Virus record (IMG/VR): IMGVR_UViG_3300033153_006571
Coordinates: 1-50,718 of that record
DNA from: a virus
Lineage: Duplodnaviria > Caudoviricetes
Reading direction: 5' to 3' (one strand)
DNA length: 50,718 bases
In this document: positions 46,420 through 50,718 of the stretch, piece after piece
Position numbering within the stretch: the stretch's first letter is position 1
Layout: the number at the start of each line of letters is the position of its first letter
The notes under the pieces: generated by a model
Told to the model about the DNA's origin: nothing
Databases searched by the model: none
Seen by the model: the letters and a program-made list of their open reading frames with translations, nothing else
Translations under genes and position numbers: made by a program

Positions 46420-48939
46420 TTGGATTTTGCTTTTGAAACAAGCGATGGAATAAATACCTCAGATATAATATTTCAAAAAACATCAGGCGGTAATGGATGG
46501 GCAATTCGATGGTCTAGTCCATCATGGCCTAATGATGACGGACCAAGATTGTATACTTATTCAGATTCAGGCAATGAAACATTTTGGTTTCATAAAAATA
46601 TGAGTAAGGACACAAAATATTGGTTGAGATTGGTAAGAGAAGGGAATACAGTTACAGGATATTATTCTACAAATGGGCAAAATTACACACAAGCATTTCA
46701 AACTTCAAGCTCAAATGTTCTTGAAGCTTTTGACGATTCCGCAGACGGTGAATATTTGCGGATGGAAACGGATTATGGCACGAAAACAATATATAACCTG
46801 AAAATTGTAAAAGGGATTACGACATATGAATATCTTTTTAATAATAATTTCGGTGTTGACAAGGAAATAATCGCAAATCAGGGCGGTGAGGATGGGCAAT
46901 GTTATAATGGTGCCGAACAAGCCTCAGATGGTACGGATATTTATTTATATACAGCTTTAACGCAAAGAGCTTTTAATTTTACGGATGGTGAAGTATTAAG
47001 AATAATACCAAGCGCAACTCAAACAGCAGGATTAACAGCATATGTCAGAGTTAATAGCTGGGGAACATATTATCCTGTTAGTAATATAGAATTAACGGCT
47101 GACGAATATTATGAATTAATATGGGACAATGCAAATGAGGAATGGAATGCTTTTAGAAACCTTGAGGCAAGTGATTTTACAGATTTAACGGATAGTGGAG
47201 ACTCAACATTACATTATCATGCATCCGATAGAGCAAGAAGTAATCATACAGGTACACAAGCGGCAAGTACAATAAGCGATTTTGATACTGAGGTAAGTAA
47301 CAATACAGATGTTGCAGCAAATACAACAGCAAGACATTCAAGGAAGCATGACATAAACGGTACCGATGACCATAACGGAGTAGGGGGAGCAACAGAAGAT
47401 AACTTTGTATCTTTTGATGCTAATGGGCTGCCGAAAGATTCAGGGCATAATGACACTGATTATGAGGACGCAGGAGCGGTTGCTACTCATGCGACACTAA
47501 CTGAAACACACGGAGCTACAGGGGCAATCATGGGCACAACTAATACACAAGAGGTATCAAACAAAACCTTGACGCCAAAAGCAACAGTCAAAGGTAACGC
47601 GGCTTCGGATGCCGCAACTTTAGGTAGTGAACTTGTCACAAACGGTACATTTGACAGTGACTTATCAGGTTGGACAATATCAGATACAGGCACAAAATGG
47701 ACATGGGATGCTACAGGTGCAGCTATCCATAATGGTGATGGTAACACTGAAACAATAAGTCAGAATGTAAATGTCACATTAGATGAGTATTATGTCTTAG
47801 CTTTTACTATATCAGGAAGAACAGCAGGAACATTGACACCTTCTCTGAATGGGGTAAATGGATATGCGCAAAGTACAGATAATACTTATTATTTCAGTTG
47901 GAAAGCTACTGCCACAGCAGCACATTCTCTGATGTTCACACCTTCGGGAACATTTAATGGTAAATTGGATGATATTTCATTCAAACAAGTTACGGCTGAT
48001 TTGGCAGCATTGATTGAATTAAAGGATTCTGGTGGGGCTGTAAGTGCAGAAATGCGGAGTGGAACTAATACTTTGTATAATTTCTTTATCGGTTATAATA
48101 GTGGGAAAAATAATTATAATGGACATTATAATGCGGCAATAGGCTATGCGACAATGCAGAATAATACAATAGGACATTATAATGCAGCAATAGGCTATGC
48201 GGCAATGCAGAATAACATAACTGGTTATGCTAATGCAGCAATAGGCTATGCGGCAATGCGCAGTAACATAACTGGTTCTGCTAATGTGGCTATAGGATAT
48301 ACAACAATGCATTATAACACAACTGGTTCTACTAACGCAGCTATAGGCTATGCGGCAATGTATCACAACACAACTGGTTCTACTAACGCAGCAATAGGCT
48401 TTACTGCAATGCGCAGTAACACAACTGGTTCTGCTAATGCGGCTATAGGTTCTTATGCAATGCGTCATTCACAGACTGGAAATAACAATATTAGCATAGG
48501 TGGTTATTCTTGTGGATATGGTACAGGTGCAGTCTTTACCGCAGCCTCAAACCACGTAGTTATCGGGCATCAGGCTGGATACAACATAGGCACTTCTGAT
48601 TCAGCAAATGTAATGATAGGCTATCAAGCAGGGTACAATGAAACTGGTAGTAATAAGCTCTACATTTCAAACACAAATACTGCAACACCGCTTATATATG
48701 GAGAGTTTGATAATGGTATATTGGGATTTACGGCACAAGTAGGCATAGGCACAAAAACACCTAACGCAAATGCCGCATTGGATATAGCAAGCACAACAAA
48801 GGCATTTATGCCACCAAGAATGACAACAGTACAAAAAAATGCAATAGGAACGCCTGCGGCAGGTATGGTTGTATATGATACAGATTTATCAAAACTATGT
48901 GTATATACAAACGCATGGGAAACTATAACAAGTTCATAA
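46420..48939 (+). CDS. Tail fibre/receptor-binding protein, C-terminal part
   Basis: Lectin/CBM-like segments (ELVTNGTFDSDLSGW), 14-aa NAAIGYAAM..N..G repeats at about 48100-48500, VGIGTKTP...PPRMTT end; only a weak TTG start. Confidence 0.75.
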   Translation: MDFAFETSDGINTSDIIFQKTSGGNGWAIRWSSPSWPNDDGPRLYTYSDSGNETFWFHKNMSKDTKYWLRLVREGNTVTGYYSTNGQNYTQAFQTSSSNVLEAFDDSADGEYLRMETDYGTKTIYNLKIVKGITTYEYLFNNNFGVDKEIIANQGGEDGQCYNGAEQASDGTDIYLYTALTQRAFNFTDGEVLRIIPSATQTAGLTAYVRVNSWGTYYPVSNIELTADEYYELIWDNANEEWNAFRNLEASDFTDLTDSGDSTLHYHASDRARSNHTGTQAASTISDFDTEVSNNTDVAANTTARHSRKHDINGTDDHNGVGGATEDNFVSFDANGLPKDSGHNDTDYEDAGAVATHATLTETHGATGAIMGTTNTQEVSNKTLTPKATVKGNAASDAATLGSELVTNGTFDSDLSGWTISDTGTKWTWDATGAAIHNGDGNTETISQNVNVTLDEYYVLAFTISGRTAGTLTPSLNGVNGYAQSTDNTYYFSWKATATAAHSLMFTPSGTFNGKLDDISFKQVTADLAALIELKDSGGAVSAEMRSGTNTLYNFFIGYNSGKNNYNGHYNAAIGYATMQNNTIGHYNAAIGYAAMQNNITGYANAAIGYAAMRSNITGSANVAIGYTTMHYNTTGSTNAAIGYAAMYHNTTGSTNAAIGFTAMRSNTTGSANAAIGSYAMRHSQTGNNNISIGGYSCGYGTGAVFTAASNHVVIGHQAGYNIGTSDSANVMIGYQAGYNETGSNKLYISNTNTATPLIYGEFDNGILGFTAQVGIGTKTPNANAALDIASTTKAFMPPRMTTVQKNAIGTPAAGMVVYDTDLSKLCVYTNAWETITSS

Positions 48940-48959
48940 AAATAAAGGAGAGTGATTAT

Positions 48960-49232
48960 ATGGCATTGCAAAAAGATAAGGAAATGAGTAGTGGATTTAT
49001 TGCAACATATCATAATATAGGCGTAATAGCATACGACTATAAAAGGAACAACGCAGAAGTTCAAATGCTTCAATACAAAGACGAATCTGCAAGGCGTGCA
49101 AATAAGCAGCATGTTGGTGTTATGCCTTTTCAATTTGAGAATGTAGAGATAGACCATACAAAAGATTTGAGAGCACAATTCTATGAATTAGTAAAACAGA
49201 AGGATGAATTTAAGGATTCGTTAGACTGTTGA
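48960..49232 (+). CDS. Small protein after the tail fibre (chaperone-like)
   Basis: AAGGAG RBS; position. Confidence 0.5.
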   Translation: MALQKDKEMSSGFIATYHNIGVIAYDYKRNNAEVQMLQYKDESARRANKQHVGVMPFQFENVEIDHTKDLRAQFYELVKQKDEFKDSLDC

Positions 49233-49273
49233 CGAAATTTTCAATATGGTATATATTTGTATAGGGGGATATT

Positions 49274-49603
49274 TTGAAAAACAAATGGTTATATATTCTC
49301 ATAATAATCCTTACTATATTTGACATATGTTTTACAACATGGGGATTGAAAGTAGGTCTTATTGAAGAAGCTAATCCACTATTTGCTTTTATCTATAACT
49401 ATTCTTATTTATTGGCTATAGTATTGGTTGCACTTATGACAGGTGGAGGATTATACATTATATTTAAGCTACAGAACAAGTCTAAGATTGCAAAAAGTGG
49501 GCTTATATTTGTATTAGGAATAAAGATTTATGTAATGATTATGCATTTGAACTGGTTTATTCCTTTAGTGCCTTTACTTGTTCGTAGATATGTAGGACTA
49601 TAG
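49274..49603 (+). CDS. DUF5658-like membrane protein
   Basis: LTIFDICFT..G....EANP motif; three hydrophobic segments; TTGACG-17-TATATT promoter upstream. Confidence 0.7.
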   Translation: MKNKWLYILIIILTIFDICFTTWGLKVGLIEEANPLFAFIYNYSYLLAIVLVALMTGGGLYIIFKLQNKSKIAKSGLIFVLGIKIYVMIMHLNWFIPLVPLLVRRYVGL

Positions 49604-49691
49604 TACTATTTTTATAGTAATTTAGTCCTATTTTTTAGAAAAACCTTCAAAAAATCATTTATAATGTAAGAAAAAAAAAGGGGGCTTGTTT

Positions 49692-50126
49692 ATGTTAAAC
49701 AAAGTATTAAAAAAAGCAAAGAGTAAGAAGGGATTTACGCTTATTGAATTGATTGTAGTAATTTCTATTTTGGCGATATTGGCACTTTTGATTGTGCCAA
49801 GAATTATGGGATTTATAGGAACTGCGAGACAAAATGCAACAAATTCTAATGCAAGATTACTTTATAACGCAGCAATATTAGCTATATCGGCTGATGAAAT
49901 TACTTTGCCTACGGAAACAAATGCTGAATGTACAACCTTAGCAGACGTAGATGCATTAGCAACAGGAGAGGACCAAGATGGATTATCGGGATTTTTGGAT
50001 GAATGGCCGAAGGATGGAGATGGAAAACCTTTAAGATTAGTTATCAGTCCAGATGGTGAAGTTGATGTGGAAGATTCAGAGGTTGCAACTGGAGAAGGTA
50101 ACAATTTAGCTGGTAAAGATTTATAA
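49692..50126 (+). CDS. Type IV pilin-like protein
   Basis: Class III signal peptide KKG/FTLIELIVVISILAILALLIVP. Confidence 0.9.
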   Translation: MLNKVLKKAKSKKGFTLIELIVVISILAILALLIVPRIMGFIGTARQNATNSNARLLYNAAILAISADEITLPTETNAECTTLADVDALATGEDQDGLSGFLDEWPKDGDGKPLRLVISPDGEVDVEDSEVATGEGNNLAGKDL

Positions 50127-50149
50127 ACAAAGCAAAATTTAAATTATTC

Positions 50150-50174
50150 AAAGCATCCTACGGGATGCTTTTTT
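50150..50174 (+). terminator. Intrinsic terminator after the pilin gene
   Basis: AAAGCATCC-TACG-GGATGCTTT followed by further Ts. Confidence 0.85.
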
Positions 50175-50197
50175 AATGCTCAAAACGAGGTGATAAT

Positions 50198-50718
50198 ATG
50201 GCTACAGTTCCCGGTTATGATACTTATTTAAGGGAAGGTATGACGGATAAAAGAGTAGGGCAGCTTCAAGGTGCATTGTCCGACTTAGGTTATGACGTTG
50301 GTCCTATAGACAATATATTTGGCCCAAAAACAGCCGGAGCATTAAGACAATTTCAAACAGAGCAAGATATACAGGCGGATGCTATATATGGGCCTGAAAC
50401 AGCTGGAGCATTGCAACAAGCACTCGCAGGAGTTCAACCGGCAACACAACCAACACAACAGCCTGTAACTCAACCTACGGCACAGCCTTTACAGCAAATT
50501 CAACAGCCGGTACAGCAGACACCGCAACAACCTGTGTTGCCACAAATGCCACAATTCAACTATCAGTCACCATATACCGGGCAAATACAGGACATAATAC
50601 AGCAGCTTCAAGGTAGGCAGTTCCAATATGACCCGGCCAAAGACATTGCATTGCAGCAGGCACAACAGCAGGCGATAAATAAAGTTAGTGAAGAAATGGC
50701 TTCAAGAGGAATATTGAG
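50198..50718 (+). CDS. N-terminal PG_binding_1 domain and Q/P/T linker of the junction-spanning protein
   Basis: LREGM...VGQLQGALSDLGY...DNIFGPKTAGALRQFQ...DAIYGPET; GAGGTGA RBS; no stop before the window end. Confidence 0.8.
   Translation, partial: MATVPGYDTYLREGMTDKRVGQLQGALSDLGYDVGPIDNIFGPKTAGALRQFQTEQDIQADAIYGPETAGALQQALAGVQPATQPTQQPVTQPTAQPLQQIQQPVQQTPQQPVLPQMPQFNYQSPYTGQIQDIIQQLQGRQFQYDPAKDIALQQAQQQAINKVSEEMASRGIL

Noticed and set aside
48100-48500. Diversity-generating retroelement target in the tail fibre
   Set aside because: No reverse transcriptase and no separate template repeat were seen; these are ordinary 14-aa structural repeats.
1-50718. tRNA or rRNA genes
   Set aside because: None recognised by eye; a tRNAscan or Infernal run is needed to exclude them.

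Overview
This window looks like a complete, circularly assembled temperate phage genome of a low-GC Firmicute (probably Clostridia); the last 36 nt repeat the first 36 nt and one ORF runs through the junction. Modules in order: ejection/virion proteins, lysis (two holin-like genes and an amidase), a candidate attP with a large serine integrase, a CI/Rha/Cro switch, an early recombination/replication operon (sigma factor, Rad50-like ATPase, RecT, MBL nuclease, initiator, PAPS-reductase-like, RecU), a reverse-strand cluster of small genes including RadC, terminase, a NeuABC nonulosonic acid cluster, a podovirus-like head/tail module and a type IV pilin moron. The most notable element is at 9691-10906. 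A nuclease-less Nop/IS110-like protein is flanked on both sides by arrays with a strict 36-nt period: two alternating 10-nt repeats separated by unique 8-nt spacers. This matches a TIGR-Tas (TasA-type) RNA-guided system. The second highlight is 22.6-24.8 kb, where small genes are separated by repeated leaders that can be drawn as H-type pseudoknots with compensatory changes. All product calls come from motif recognition by eye; no database searches were run.
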